Below are positions 36,491 to 49,447 of a stretch of 64,000 nucleotides of DNA, piece by piece; position 1 is the first letter of the stretch; every line of letters begins with the position of its first letter. The notes under the pieces are model-generated. The model saw only the letters and a list, made by a program, of their open reading frames with translations. It did no database searches and was not told the DNA's origin. Both the position numbers and the translations under genes were made by a program. The stretch comes from Epiperipatus broadwayi (lineage: Eukaryota > Animalia > Onychophora): assembly GCA_028023455.1 (NCBI GenBank), contig JAQFVV010000006.1, forward strand, positions 17,980,001 to 18,044,000, in the 5' to 3' direction.

Positions 36491-38869
36491 TTGGATATAT
36501 ATGAAAAATAGCAATTTGATCGATAGATAAAAGAAAAGTTAAAATGATGATAGCACAAAGTCGATAAGACATAAAAATAAATATGTAAAAAGATCTCTAG
36601 ACAAATAATTTAATAAAAAAAAGTGCATTAAGTGTTCAGATTTATAAAAAAAAATTAAATTCAGAATCAAGTAAACTCAGTTCTATAAAAAGAAATCTAT
36701 TTAATGATATTCAGAATGGCTAAACTTATATAATCAATCATATTTACAATCCACGTCAGTGCGGCACTTAATTTAATAAATTCAACTGTTCCAGAAATGT
36801 GGTTATTTTTCTGTCAATTTTTCTAAGTTTACAGTTGGATTAACTGATGTATTTGAATTACCATGAATTGTGTTTGATAAATAATAATATCAAATAATAA
36901 TAATAGCGAAATCAAAAGGCAGTAAATATTGATGTGTACAAATATTTATTAATAAGTATTTATAGTATGTATTTTTATTTGTCTGCTTAGTGGCAGATGG
37001 TAACAACTTGGTAATTGAATGCTATGACCAAGAGACACTTCTTAATCATCTTATATCTGTCTTAATATAATTTACCTAATGTCTCAATGTTTAGAACTGT
37101 ATCATATACTTTAATAAGGATCTATGTCATTAAAATGATCAATATTTGTAGTACATATTATAAATTTTGAGATAAATTTTATGGTATTATAATTTCCCCC
37201 TAGCGGCAGTTATTAGCTTACATAGTAGAAGTGAGAAAATAAATGTTGATAAGAGTATATCACAGAATAATTCCATACCTCTAAACATTTTTACTGCAGT
37301 TTTATGAAAAGCATTTTGTGTAATGAACTGAAAAGCTAAGGAAATAAACACAAATGAATCATATTTAATGAATAATATTTCTGCATAATAATTTTCACTA
37401 CACCGATCTCACACTAGGTAGGGACTGGTTTTTATTGCTTTTAACACCTTGTGGATGTTAACTTTAGTATCACATCCTGTTAAATGATACCTGTTTGTTT
37501 TCTCAGTCACTTATTTTACCTTTGGTCTCTCCTTGTTGCTCTCAACATATCCCTCACCATGGTTTTCTGTGCAAAATAAAGTCAACGTATTACTAATCGT
37601 TTAAAAGTTTAACTCTCAGTAAGCATTGGTAAAAATATTTATTTAAACCTTTCTTTTTGAAGTACAAGAGTACATTTTTTAATAATTAGAATTATTTTGC
37701 TAAAAGCATTCTGTATTTAACCTATTAGTACATGGATACTATCAGATGCTGTGTTCAGGTTGTTAAGTATTGCAGTGACCTTTGGATATAAAAGCCAACT
37801 CTGAATAACATATGAACAGTATGTAACCAAGAACTCTTGCTGTCTTATACAATAGGATTTTAGTTCATTGAAAGATAGGTACTGTTTCCAATGCAAACAG
37901 TCTTTTCTGTACCTCTTTTTCTTCTTCAGTCATTTAAGTTAGTGTAGGACCAAATCATCATAAGTTTTTTATGACTGAGCATATTTCCTTACACTAATTG
38001 TGATAATAGAATAGTTTGCATCAACATTTCCATCCTTAATTACATGCACAACATTTTTGACATCATCTTTTTAGCTAGAATTCTCAAGATTTAAGAAAGT
38101 AGTGACAGAGGCAGATGTCCTTAGTTGTGATCTTTTCTAAAGGTAATACAATTACTAATAAGTCAGTTTGGAACTGGATTTGAGTGAGACAGTAAGTTTC
38201 AGCTGGCAAAAATTGTTTACACAGCCCTATTTAAGGATATCCCTGCCGATGATGAAAATTGAAGAGCTAAGAAAGTGGTCTAAAACTGCCTTTTTTCAGT
38301 TGTTCCACCTGGTAGATTACTCATTGCAATGGTATAAATAATAACAATAATAATTGTATCAGGTGTAATGATAAAGCAAATGGCAATTATAGTCCTATAA
38401 AGAGAGAGAATTATTTTTATTCTAAATATAGGTATATAAAGTATGCAAATTTAATTAATGCAACCCTTTAAGATCCGAGTGAAGAATTGCATTCTTACTG
38501 TAGGCATAAACACTGAAATGTGGTTACATCTAAGTTCAAAATAATGGCATTTAATAAAGTACATTAAAGATAGAAGTCAAAATATGAGAGCTTAAATTAT
38601 GCAAGCACTTACAAGCACAAATTGTTGGATGAATTATAGATTAGTATGCTTTAAAATATTAATTTTTTAAAAGAATCTAAATTTAACAAAAAAATATAAT
38701 TTGAATCATTAGGACTACCATATTACCAAAGCATGAAATCCTCTTAATGAATGTGTTATGAATACAGTTAGGTTTACAATTATTACAATTAGGTTTATTA
38801 AAAAGAAGAATTGTGACCAGTTTTCTGCCAGTGATATTATTATTACTGGTGTGACATTTTTTTGCTTAG

Positions 38870-40280
38870 TAGAATAGATTAATACTCTTATTCTTCTTTA
38901 CTTTCTTTGCATTTCTTCATATATTCATATATATTGCTTATAATAACTTCTCTCATATACACTTTAATGCAAAACAATTTTTAATAAAACTTCTTTATTT
39001 TCCTGACAGTTTAAAAGGTAAAGGAAACTTGAGTTCTGATGAAGACTGCTGGACAGTTGAAACTGTCAGAAAAATAAAGAAGTTTTATTAAAAAAATTTG
39101 TTTGCATTAAAGTGTATATGAGAGGAGTTTTTATAAGCAATATATAGAATAGATTAAATATGGAAATTCATAATAAATGTAGAGGTTTGAAGACAGAAGT
39201 TCAATGATTGACAAAAAAATTAAAAATGATTAGTATATTAAACTGCAAAGAATATGCAAACATTTCTAATCATGCTCATTCTAGATCTTTATTTGATTAA
39301 AAGCAACATATGGACCTGAAAAACATCATAATATAATTAAATTCAACAATGACCCTTTTATATGATGATAGTGAGATGGAAGGAGTATTTGATCATATTT
39401 TGAATAATGATACAAAAATTGAGATGACAACATTAAGGTTATATATACATTTTATCTACTTATTTATATTTATTCAAAGATATTTGGCTTAGTGAAATCA
39501 AAACAGCTCTTTGTATTGGAAAGGCTGCAGATCCTGATAAAATATCTTGAGAGTTTTAAAATATGGTGGTGATATATTAGATGTGAATATATTGGAAATT
39601 TTAGGAATATGCTACACAATTGTAAATTTAGATGTGTTTGTTGTTCCAAATTGAAATAAATAAGAATAGTTATTGTGTAATATTATTATTTACTTCTTGT
39701 TTTCCTATGTATTGATTTCTACTTTAACATATACCATTTACAACCTTCATAAACACTTTATCAATACTTTTATTTATATCAAACTAACAGTTTTGACTGT
39801 CCTGCAGTCATCATCAGAGCTACAATATATAATATAAATAAATGATAATAATATTTATTAAATAATAGAATAAATGTTAAAGTTTATAATTATTATAATA
39901 AATAATATTTTTAAAAAATAAAGTGATATAAAATAAATTGATGTAAAATAAATATTGATAGAATTATTTTAAGAATAAAGTAATGGGAAATGATTATTTA
40001 TAATGGTCAGATTAAGATGTATATTTATTTTTGTTTATATTGTGTATTTAATTATGCATATGAATATGTGTATAAGTGTATTAATTATATAATTATATAT
40101 TTGAATATTGTAGCTCTGATGATGACTGAAGGACAGTCGAAACTGTAAGGAAAATAAAGAAGTTTTTAAGACAATTTGTTGCATTAAAGTGTATTTGAAA
40201 GAAGTGTTATAAGCAATATATATGATTACATGAAGATATGCGAAGAAAGTGAAAGAGAAGAATAAGAGAATATACTTCTG
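38870..40280. mobile_element. Family B PLE-like terminal repeats in nested inverted arrangement, with minimal HHR-like motifs at 39031-39070(+), 39781-39822(-), 40111-40150(+)
   Basis: CTGATGA-N-GACTG CAGGA CAGTC-GAAAC T GTC; ~38870-39012 inverted against ~39060-39200 and 40140-40280. Confidence 0.65.
39470..39600 (+). mobile_element. LINE fragment upstream of RT
   Basis: IWLSEIKTALCIGKAADPDKIS*EF*KYGG resembles EI..A+..GKA.GPD.I..E..K.GG. Confidence 0.55.
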
Positions 40281-40629
40281 ATGTACTTAATGTTTTAGAT
40301 GCAACATATAATGACTTTATTTATTAATTAATTTTAAAAAAACTCAAGTCCTTTATCAATCAGTGATGGAAGAAAAATATTCAGAAATTTTTAACTTGGA
40401 TGGTTAACAAATTAGGAATATAAACCCATTGAAATGTTTTGATACTTATATAAGTAAAAAGAAAATGGACTTAGACGTTGGAGAATAACCTTGAATCTAA
40501 TGTGTTGCTGCTTTTAATAAGTTAAAAATAGAGTATTTCATCACAGGAAAATAACTATGGCAACTAAGTTAGTTGTATAAAGAGCTGTTATTTTAGTAAT
40601 TTCTTTTTTATGTTTATCTATCTATAATA

Positions 40630-40975
40630 ACTGCTTCTATCAAACCATTTTTTCCAATGCTGATTAATGTCTCTTTCAATCATTTCCTTAGACTTTCCCT
40701 TTTTTCTTTCTCTTTTCTTCTTAGTCAATCATCATTCCCAGTACTCTGTTTTTATTTCTTTTTATTATAATTTTTTTTATTTCAAACATTCCAATTTTTG
40801 GATTAGTCTTTTTCTCCACTCTTGATGCCTAATTCATCTTTTCAATTAATTCATTTCTTATGCCAACAATTTCTGTTCAATTTCTTATTAGCCACATTTC
40901 ACTCCATATAATAATGCAACTCTGAATTAGAATATTATATATAAGTCTTTCATTTTCAATATTATTACTTGTTTG
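40630..40975 (-). mobile_element. Decayed RTE-like 3' fragment
   Basis: Minus strand purine-rich K/R-rich tail and CACATTTCACTCCATA (YG.E.W) motif. Confidence 0.45.
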
Positions 40976-41009
40976 AATTGGATATTGTTATTGTATGAGT
41001 CATTTTAAA

Positions 41010-41525
41010 CTATCAAACATCACATGATCATCATTATTTATGTTTAGTGGCACTACTATATGGAGAAATTTGCCTGTATGGAAACAGCTTGTGTACACAT
41101 AAAGAATGATGATCATGTAATGTTTGATGGTTGAATACCAATAGGATTATGGTGATGGTGGCTATTAAAGAATTAAAGATACCAAAAAGTATGGATGCTG
41201 AACTGAGTTCAGATTTATATGACTATACAAGATAATGTGCTTAGCTTGAAAACATTATTGTATTTTCATTTTAAATTTAAAGCCTTATAGTTAACTAAAA
41301 AGTAAAAGGTGGCTGCTGGAGAGTTGCATTAGATCCTAAGATTTAGTTGCAGTGCTCTGAGATCCAAAGCTCCTCATTGATGAGAGTAAAAAGCTACAAA
41401 CTAGTCTGGGGATATTGGATGAGTAGGCATTAGATAGGGCTTTTATGCACAAACATTCCTGCATCCATTGATTACTCTGGCCTGCACTGAGTGGTGCTAC
41501 TATGTGGAGAGTTTTGCCTGTATGA
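41010..41525 (+). mobile_element. Family A element, HHR core mutated
   Basis: GATCCAAAGCTCCTCATTGATGAGAGTAAAAAGCTACAAACTAGTCTGGGGATATTGGAT; short inverted pieces at 41010-41080. Confidence 0.8.
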
Positions 41526-41880
41526 ATCATTTTATCAATTCTTCTATATATTTTTCTTTTCGATGATGCATTTTTTTCAAATCATAAATATTAAAAACTA
41601 TCTGCGTTAATCAACTAAGGTAACTGCATCAGGTGAATATAATAAAGAAAGCCATTATAAAACTAGGAAACTAGATTAGAGTGTAAGTAGAGAGGGAAGT
41701 ATATTTGTTTTGTCAAAAGCATTCAACAATCATTGCTGGTCAATATAAAACTGATAATTCTTCTAACCTGCGATTAGTGGACATCAGGAATTCTTTTTTT
41801 GGTCAAGTTCACGAAGTTTGAAAAGATTATGATGAGCTTTTACAATTAAAAGTAGAAATAAAAAATAGAAATAAAAAATG

Positions 41881-41975
41881 TCTCGCATTGGTGGTCGAGA
41901 GGTCATCGCGCCTGCCTTGCACTTGCAGGCAGTTGACCGGGTTGCGGGTTCGTGTCCCGGCCGATGCTATGACAC
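41881..41975 (+). mobile_element. tRNA-derived SINE, young copy
   Basis: A-box-like TGGTGGTCGAGAGG, B-box-like GGGTTCGTGTCCC, CpGs retained, A-rich tail. Confidence 0.65.
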
Positions 41976-42289
41976 TTTTAAAAAAAAAAAATTAATAAAA
42001 ACTTTTCTACTGTTTTACATTTATCTGAAATAATTTTAATAAAAAGAATGCATATATATATATATTTTCTTCTCTTTAAATTTGAATTCCTTGATTAAAA
42101 TCAATGTCAGATTACAAAAGACCTGTATCTCTGTCTGTTTATTGTTTAAAAACTTAATATTATGTTATTTAGTACTTTAAAATTTGTGTAAAATAATATG
42201 GAAAAAAGGGACCACATCTTAGAAAAGATTAGAAACTTCATAAGGTACTAAAACATTAGATTTGTATGATAAATAGAGAAGTTTCAAGA

Positions 42290-43900
42290 AAAAACTAACT
42301 ATGGATAAATCATCTTTATTTTCAATCATTATCAATCCACTGCAGGATAAAGGTATCTGCAAGTTTAATTTAGTAGCATGTCTTCTCCATATCACCCCAG
42401 CACATTTTCTTATTTCATCTATTCATCTCACATATGGTCCCTTTCTAGGTCTTTTACAATCTCTTGGAATCCAGTTCAAGATTTCAATAAATCTTTTACA
42501 ATGGCTTGGAAACCAGTTCATGATTTCAACTGAATACCACTATCATTTCTTTTAGCAATATATCCAGCCTAGTCCCACTTCAGTCTTTTAAGCCTCTTGC
42601 CAGTAACACATTTGTTTTCTCACTCATGTATTATATTTTTGATCCCTTCTTGTTATTCTTAATGTACATATCTCCATACTTTATTCAGTGATGTGATCTG
42701 AAAACTCTGTATTGCTATTCTGTTAAGTGTCTCAGTCTCAGATCCATATATAAGAACCGGTAAACACATTTATTAAATAGTTTCTTCTAAAAGACATAGG
42801 CATATTTTTTTTGATATTTTCATTTCTATGAAAAGCACTCCATCCAAGCTTAATTGTTGACTAATTTCATCTATTATCTTTCTATTCATATTAATAATCT
42901 GATTAAGGTATTTGTATTGTTATCTTCTTCTAATTCATCATTATTAATCTATTTTCTTCTTTTGTAAAAATTCATTAAACATTACTTTAGTCTTCTTAGC
43001 ATTTATCTTTAGCTGTATATTTTTACTTTCATCTGATAACTCTTGGCAATATTTCCCAACGTTCTGAAGCATTATTTACAAAAATAATTGTATCATCTGC
43101 AAAATCTAAATGTTTTTAAATATTCACTACTTACTTTAATCTCTTAGCTTTCCATTTTAATTCACAACGTAGTTCTTGAAAAACTGTTGTGAAAGATTTG
43201 GAGATGTGGAGTCACTCATTTGTACACCCTTCTTGACGTTAATCTTTTTAGTATTTCTTGGTACTCTAAAAATTGCTGTTATATTTTGATAAATATTCTT
43301 TAGGAGATGACAATATCTTGGATCTAAATCTTGGTGACCCAATGGTTTAATTATTGACAAATGCATATAGAATCAAATATATTTTCATAAACTATAAATC
43401 CAAGGCATAATGGCAACTAATAATCATTGCTTTTTTCTACAACTCTCAATATGTGGATCTGATTCACTATGTTAAAACCAAATTTAAATCCAAAGTTCAC
43501 TTTAAATGAGTTGTAATTATCTCGGTAAACATTTGTATAGAACAGATAAAGGACTGATAGGTCTGAAATTATTAATAACTCTACCATCTATCACTTTTTT
43601 TAAAATGTCACTTTTAATATTGTGTTCTTCCAATCAAACTGGTAACTCTTTATCACTAACATATTTGCCAACAATTTTTCTATTTTTCCACCAGCTTCTT
43701 TTATGATTATCAGATATAATAGATTTAACCAGATATTTCATTAAATTGAGGAACCTTATAAGAAGTATTTGAGAAAAAGCATTAGAATCACCTTGCTTGT
43801 ACCACCATCTTATTAATATATTTCACTAATATTCTGTTTTAAATCACAAAATTCATGATCAAGCCTTGATAAATCTAGTCTTTGTTTTTGAATTTAATGT
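42290..43900 (-). mobile_element. RTE-clade LINE, RT and C-terminal region, decayed
   Basis: KNIYQNITAIFRVPRNTKKINVKKGVQMSDSTSPNL (KKGVRQGD..SP.LF motif); 3' end homologous to 61160-61545. Confidence 0.85.
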
Positions 43901-44879
43901 ACTTTGCAAGCTTATTTCAAGAAAATTTTTTGAATGATTGTACCTTAAATTTTTTGCAAAGTTATTAAAATTCACAATTAGTTTTGGACAATAATTGTGC
44001 AATATTTATTTAAAACAAATAGTATATATGATTACACATTTAGTTTATGGATATATATTTTATTTATAAAATAGAGAGTAATAAGTTGTAGAATAACATT
44101 AACAAAGCAAATTCTGGAGATCTGTTAAACACACTTTTTTAAACTGATCATCAATGCATCATCTCTGCCATGGTGCTAGGATTTATTACAACATTGTAAA
44201 AATTATTTAAAAAAATGTAGTATTATTAAGCATAATTTGATAGATTTATAAGATACTGACATTTACTTATTTACTCTTTAAACACTAATGTCATTAAAAA
44301 AAAAAGCTGATTTTATGAAATCAATCTTCTCCTGAGTTTTTCAAGGATGAAAGTGTTCTTTGTTTTACATTATGATCTTATTTTACCAACATTTGCAAAG
44401 TTCAAATTTTATTTTTTACATTTCTACCAAATTGAATCCACTTTATCATATTATGATATGAATAATGATTTTTAACATATCACCAAACATCATCATTCTA
44501 ATATGAGAATGATCTATGATACGATTATAAACCTGCATTTTCCATATTGAAGCAGAAATAATCTACATGCTATTGAACTTAGCAATAATGGTTTAATACT
44601 AAAATCAACTGATGAAAACTTACAAAACTCTCACTTGGAAGAACAAGTAAATCTATCACAGTGCCAGAGGATTAATTACATGTCTCATTTTTTTCATTTA
44701 AAGTCCTGGCAATTCAGATGTAATACTTTTAGGGCATACATTCTCTTGTTCTTTATTGCTTTATAGAACTCTTCCACATATAATAGTTCTATACTTTTCA
44801 TTTATTGCAGGAATAAATTCACTACCAATACTAAGACATTGTTTTACACTTTTGATACTTTTATTCTCTTTTACAGCAT

Positions 44880-46300
44880 TCCTAGCTAATTCATAATTAT
44901 ATTTTCATATCATTATTAATTCTTTTTTATATCATTTTACAAAAATTCTAGATATTTAATCCTTCTCAATAGATCATTTCTAAATACTTTCACATTCCTG
45001 CTTTTCTTCATCCATTATCTTGTCTCAGTAGAAATTTTACGGGTCAGTTGTTTCTTTTTTATATCAATTATCTTTGTTGCAATTCTTAACAATGTCTCAG
45101 TTATCCTCCTATTGATTTTGTTCAAATTTGAATCATCTTCAAATATTTAAGACTATTTGAAGGATCTAATTTAAATTCACTGCAATGTTTCTAAAGTTAG
45201 GAATATCAACTGTCAATACTGTTTTTTTAATATTTTTTCATCTTTCTAGGTTTCACATTAACACATATCATACATTTCTCTATCGGTGATCACTTCCTTT
45301 GTTGAATTTATTAAAAAATTTTACTTTCTTAAAATACATATTTTAATGTTATTCAAATATAATTAAATTTCTATGTATCTTCATTTGGATGTTTTCATGT
45401 CCATTTCTGTTTAGCATTTTTTTCAAGAAAAGAATTCATAATATAAAGTTTTCCATTTCTATGAACTCCACAAGTCTGTTGTCTTTCTCACACCATAACC
45501 AGATTTACTCACAACATTTTCAACTTTCAGTCATTTACCAATACCACCATTAAACTTCTATGATAGTAGTTGGGCGTAATCTAAATTATCTTCATTTGGT
45601 ATTTTCCATTAAGTTGTCATTTTTAAGTTGAGTAACCAATCTTGTCATTCTGTTTAACACACAACATTATTCTTCCACTTCTTATTTATTATGAATGCTA
45701 TCATCTGTGCTTTTGATATTTATGTCTTTGTAGTAAAATATATGAATAATTTTTAAATCAATTGTCTCTTCACATTTTCTTTTAACTTTCCAAATTCCAG
45801 CAATGTCCTGTTTAATATTAGACAATTCTTTTTGCAATCTTCCTTTATTTGAAAATGATCCGCAGTTATAAGTACTTAAATAAAAAGATCATCATCCAAT
45901 GACAGCCTTGTTCAGCAATATATGGTCATAATTAAGAGATGCTAAAAATTCTGGAATATTGATAATTGATTATATATGTCATCAAGGCAATTGCTTATAA
46001 AATATTTTATGGAAAGATGAAAACTGTGATTGATATTTGAAATATTTAAGATACATATTTTGAATATTTTTTTTAAATGTGTTTCTAAATAAGATGGAAT
46101 TAGCTAATATTTCAGTAATGGCATGGTCAGATTTGCTGGTGGTAGTTCCCCCAATGTGAAAATTAAATGGCATTGAGATTGTTATTTGAATAAATTTGAG
46201 GGGAGTCATGTGATATAGATATAAATGATCTATAATGATGAGTCAATATCAAATATAGTTCACGCTAAAATGTATCAGAAAGTTGGAACTCTGAAATTGA
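44880..46300 (-). mobile_element. RTE-like LINE endonuclease/linker region, highly decayed
   Basis: LKFIQI..., GSFSNKG.RL, IWK....ETIDLKII, STDD pieces in the order of APE motifs; collinear upstream of the 42290-43900 RT. Confidence 0.5.
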
Positions 46301-46619
46301 TCTAAAAGAAATTGATACATTATTGGAAATATTTTTCTATTGTTTAGCTATAAAGACATTTAAGTTTATTAATTCTTCACATTTGTTACATTTATCATCA
46401 CCACCCTGAGGAACTATATAATCAAGTTTGGTGCTATTAAATTAATGCTGATTCTCTTAATAGTTTTCATTCCCCTCTTTTCTTCCAATGTGTAAGCTTG
46501 TGGTTAAGACCTGTAGAGGTCCCTATTATCACATTTTCACATGCACATTCCTGAGGTTACAGCCTTAGTAAATATTATTAACATGTATCTTACATTTCAC
46601 AATTTTATGATCACTTCCT

Positions 46620-47300
46620 GTGTTAAATCTATGAAGAACATTAGAATCTTAAATTTTCAGTTAGTCAAAATATAATCTAATTTTACTGTATATTTCTATA
46701 CATCAATTTCCATTTAGCATTTTTCTCAAAACATTCATATTTATTTTTCTGCAAAATCCACAAGTCTGTGTGTTCTCTAATTTTTATCACCATAATTAAA
46801 TTTATCCACGGTGCTTCATCTTTCAATCACTCATCATTTCTAGAATTACAGTCTCCCATAATTATTTTAAGATATTTGCTTTGATCAAAAGGGTTTTATA
46901 CATATAAAAATTATTCTACTTTTTCATCACAATGAGAATTTATTGAAGCATAAATATAAATTATCTTTATTAGTATGTTCTATTAATTTTAATAACTAAT
47001 CTTGTTACTCTGTCTGATAATGCATCAATCTCCATAATGTTGTTTTCCAATTTTTATTTATATTGGAATCTGACTCTACTTGTGTTTCCAATGTTTGGGT
47101 TTTTATAATGAAATATATGTCCATTTTTAAAATTATTTAACTCTTTATAAACTTTTTCTTTGTTTGAACAAAATCCAACGATGATCCGATTTAATAGTAG
47201 ACAGTTTTTTTTATACAATTTATATAATCTTCATTTATTTGAAATTGATCTGCAGTGTAGGGAGCTAAATAAAAGATCATCATTGAGCAGTCTCTTTGGA
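46620..47300 (-). mobile_element. Second decayed RTE-like endonuclease fragment
   Basis: Shares TTATTTGAAA.TGATC.GCAG, AAAAGATCATCAT and CCACAAGTCTGT blocks with 45450-45900. Confidence 0.45.
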
Positions 47301-48209
47301 TGATAGCAGAAGATTCTTAGCTATAACCATCTTTGGTTGTGAACTGCTGTATTGGCTTTACATCCTCTTGGGAATAAGAGACATTATTTACTTTTGTCTG
47401 TTATAATCATAAACAATCATTTTTTCCACACATTTATCCTGTCGTCAAGAAAAATCAAGTGATATTTCAAATAAGAAATATTAGACTAGCAAAAAGAATG
47501 TACTATGATATTTCTGACCTCAAATTTAAAGATAAAAAAATCCAATAAATTCATTTCACTCACTGATATATGTTTGTGAGCATCTCATCTGCATTTGTTT
47601 ACCGTATGGGATAAACACACAGTCATAGCTGTTATAACAAGGATATATAAAGCGGACATTAGGAATTTGCCATCTCAGTTCTCAAGATCTTAAAGGAGGA
47701 ATCAAAATATCACCTCTCATTTAATAGCAAACTCCTTTCTTTATACTATGCAAGGTATAAAAGAGTATATAAATAAAACTAAACGTTATTTTAAACAATT
47801 TACTGCTCATTCCAAAGTGCAATTTATTTTATTTGTAAAAATATAGTGTTTATAAAACATAGCCAAAAAAAGTTTGAATAAATTAAAACGCCAACTCTGA
47901 ATGGAAGTCGTATTGTTATTCTTTGTGCTTTAAAATGTTGCATTCATTTAATTAAATTAATTTTCTGTTCTTTTTTTTTTTTTTAAACTTTAAATAAATA
48001 AATCTTCATTTTATAGTCATCAACAAAACAGAACAAAAAAAAAAAGGAGTTTTTAGTTTTTGGAACAGCTCTAAATAACTTTTATTTAATGGATGATATA
48101 AAACAACAATGCCTTGTTTATAGAGTTGAATTTTAGGGGGGGGGGTATATAAAGAGAAATTCAGAAAGATGGATAGATAGTTGAATTGATAAACTTAAAT
48201 TCTGTAATT

Positions 48210-48800
48210 CATCTGTTATCTGTATTTTTCATGCATCTCTTTACCTGTAACTCTACTCATCTGTTCATATATCTAACTATTTATTTATTTGTCTATCCAT
48301 TCAATTAATCTATTTTCCGTTTTCTCTGTCGTTTATTGTCTATTTATCTACTTGTGCTTCTATCTATGTAACTGTCTATCTATCTACCTCTTCCTATTTA
48401 CATACACTATTTGGCTACCTACTTATCTATCTTTCTATTTATCTTTTCATTGGTTATCTATCCATTCATTCACATATCCATCTATGAACATGCCTATTGA
48501 TCTATCTATCCATCTATCTACTTCTTATTGACCTATAAATCAATATACCTGTCAACCTACTTACTCATTTCTCTGTATATCTGTATATTTTTGTCTATCC
48601 ATACTTTTTATCTCCATTTACTCACCCATTTATCAACTTTTTTTTCTTTTTATATATTCCTGTCTTTTTATCTGTCAATCTATTTCTCCAATTATCCATT
48701 CACTTATATATCTATATTTTTATATATATTTTTATTTCTTTATCTTTCTTTATCTATTTATTTTATTTATCTTTGCACTTATCTATTCTCCATTACAATT
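48210..48800. repeat. Degenerate (TATC/TCTA)n low-complexity tract
   Basis: Dense TATC/CTAT tetramers over ~600 bp. Confidence 0.85.
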
Positions 48801-48933
48801 TTTAAATGTTTAAACGTTGGTTAATGACATAACAAAGGCAAAACTCTCCATACAGTATGCCACCCTGTGCCAAACAGAGTAATCAATGGATGCCAGAAGG
48901 GTTGTGCATAAAATCCCTATCTAGTGCTTACTC

Positions 48934-48992
48934 ATCCAATATCCCCAGACAAGTTTCTGGCTTGTGGCCATCATCAGTGATGAGCTTTGGAT
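48934..48992 (-). ncRNA. Type I hammerhead ribozyme (family A), second copy of tandem
   Basis: Same fold; core CUGAUGA/GAAA/GUC intact, stem III loop UU instead of UA, one stem I mismatch; predicted cleavage between 48948 and 48947. Confidence 0.85.
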
Positions 48993-49388
48993 CTGAGAGC
49001 ACTGCACCTAGATCTTAGGATCTAATGCAACCCTCCAGCAGCCACCTTTTAACTCTATTTTACTACAAAAACTATGAAAATGAAATTGGAAAACACAATA
49101 ATATTTTCATTCTAAGCTCAATAGCTTATATAGTCATATGGGTCTGAACTCAATTCAGCACCCGTACATTTTGGTGTCTTTGGCTCTTAAACAACCACAG
49201 CCACCGCTATTCTATTAGGCAGGATTGGTGTTAAACCACTAAACATCACATGATCACCTCTTATACTAGCACATAATTGTTGTAAACAAAGGCAAAACTC
49301 TCCATACAGTAGTGCCACCCTGTGCCAAACAGAGTAATCAATGGATGCCAGAAGGCTTGTGCATAAAATCCCTATCTAGTGCCTACTC

Positions 49389-49447
49389 ATCCAATATCCC
49401 CAGACTAGTTTCTGGCTTGTGGCCATCATCAGTGAGGAGCTTTGGAT
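49389..49447 (-). ncRNA. Type I hammerhead ribozyme (family A), intact
   Basis: Minus strand AUCCAAAGCUCCUCA-CUGAUGA-UGGC CACAA GCCA-GAAA-C UA GUC^UGGGGAUAUUGGAU: full core, stem II, palindromic stem III (ACUAGU), stem I of 6 bp + internal loop + 6 bp; predicted cleavage between 49403 and 49402. Confidence 0.9.

Noticed and set aside
38160-38340. 59-codon open frame and several splice-like signals
   Set aside because: No recognisable protein and no consistent exon phase; faint R4/Dong-like C-terminal resemblance on the minus strand too weak to call
48289-48824. Two hydrophobic ORFs
   Set aside because: Translations of a (TATC)n low-complexity tract
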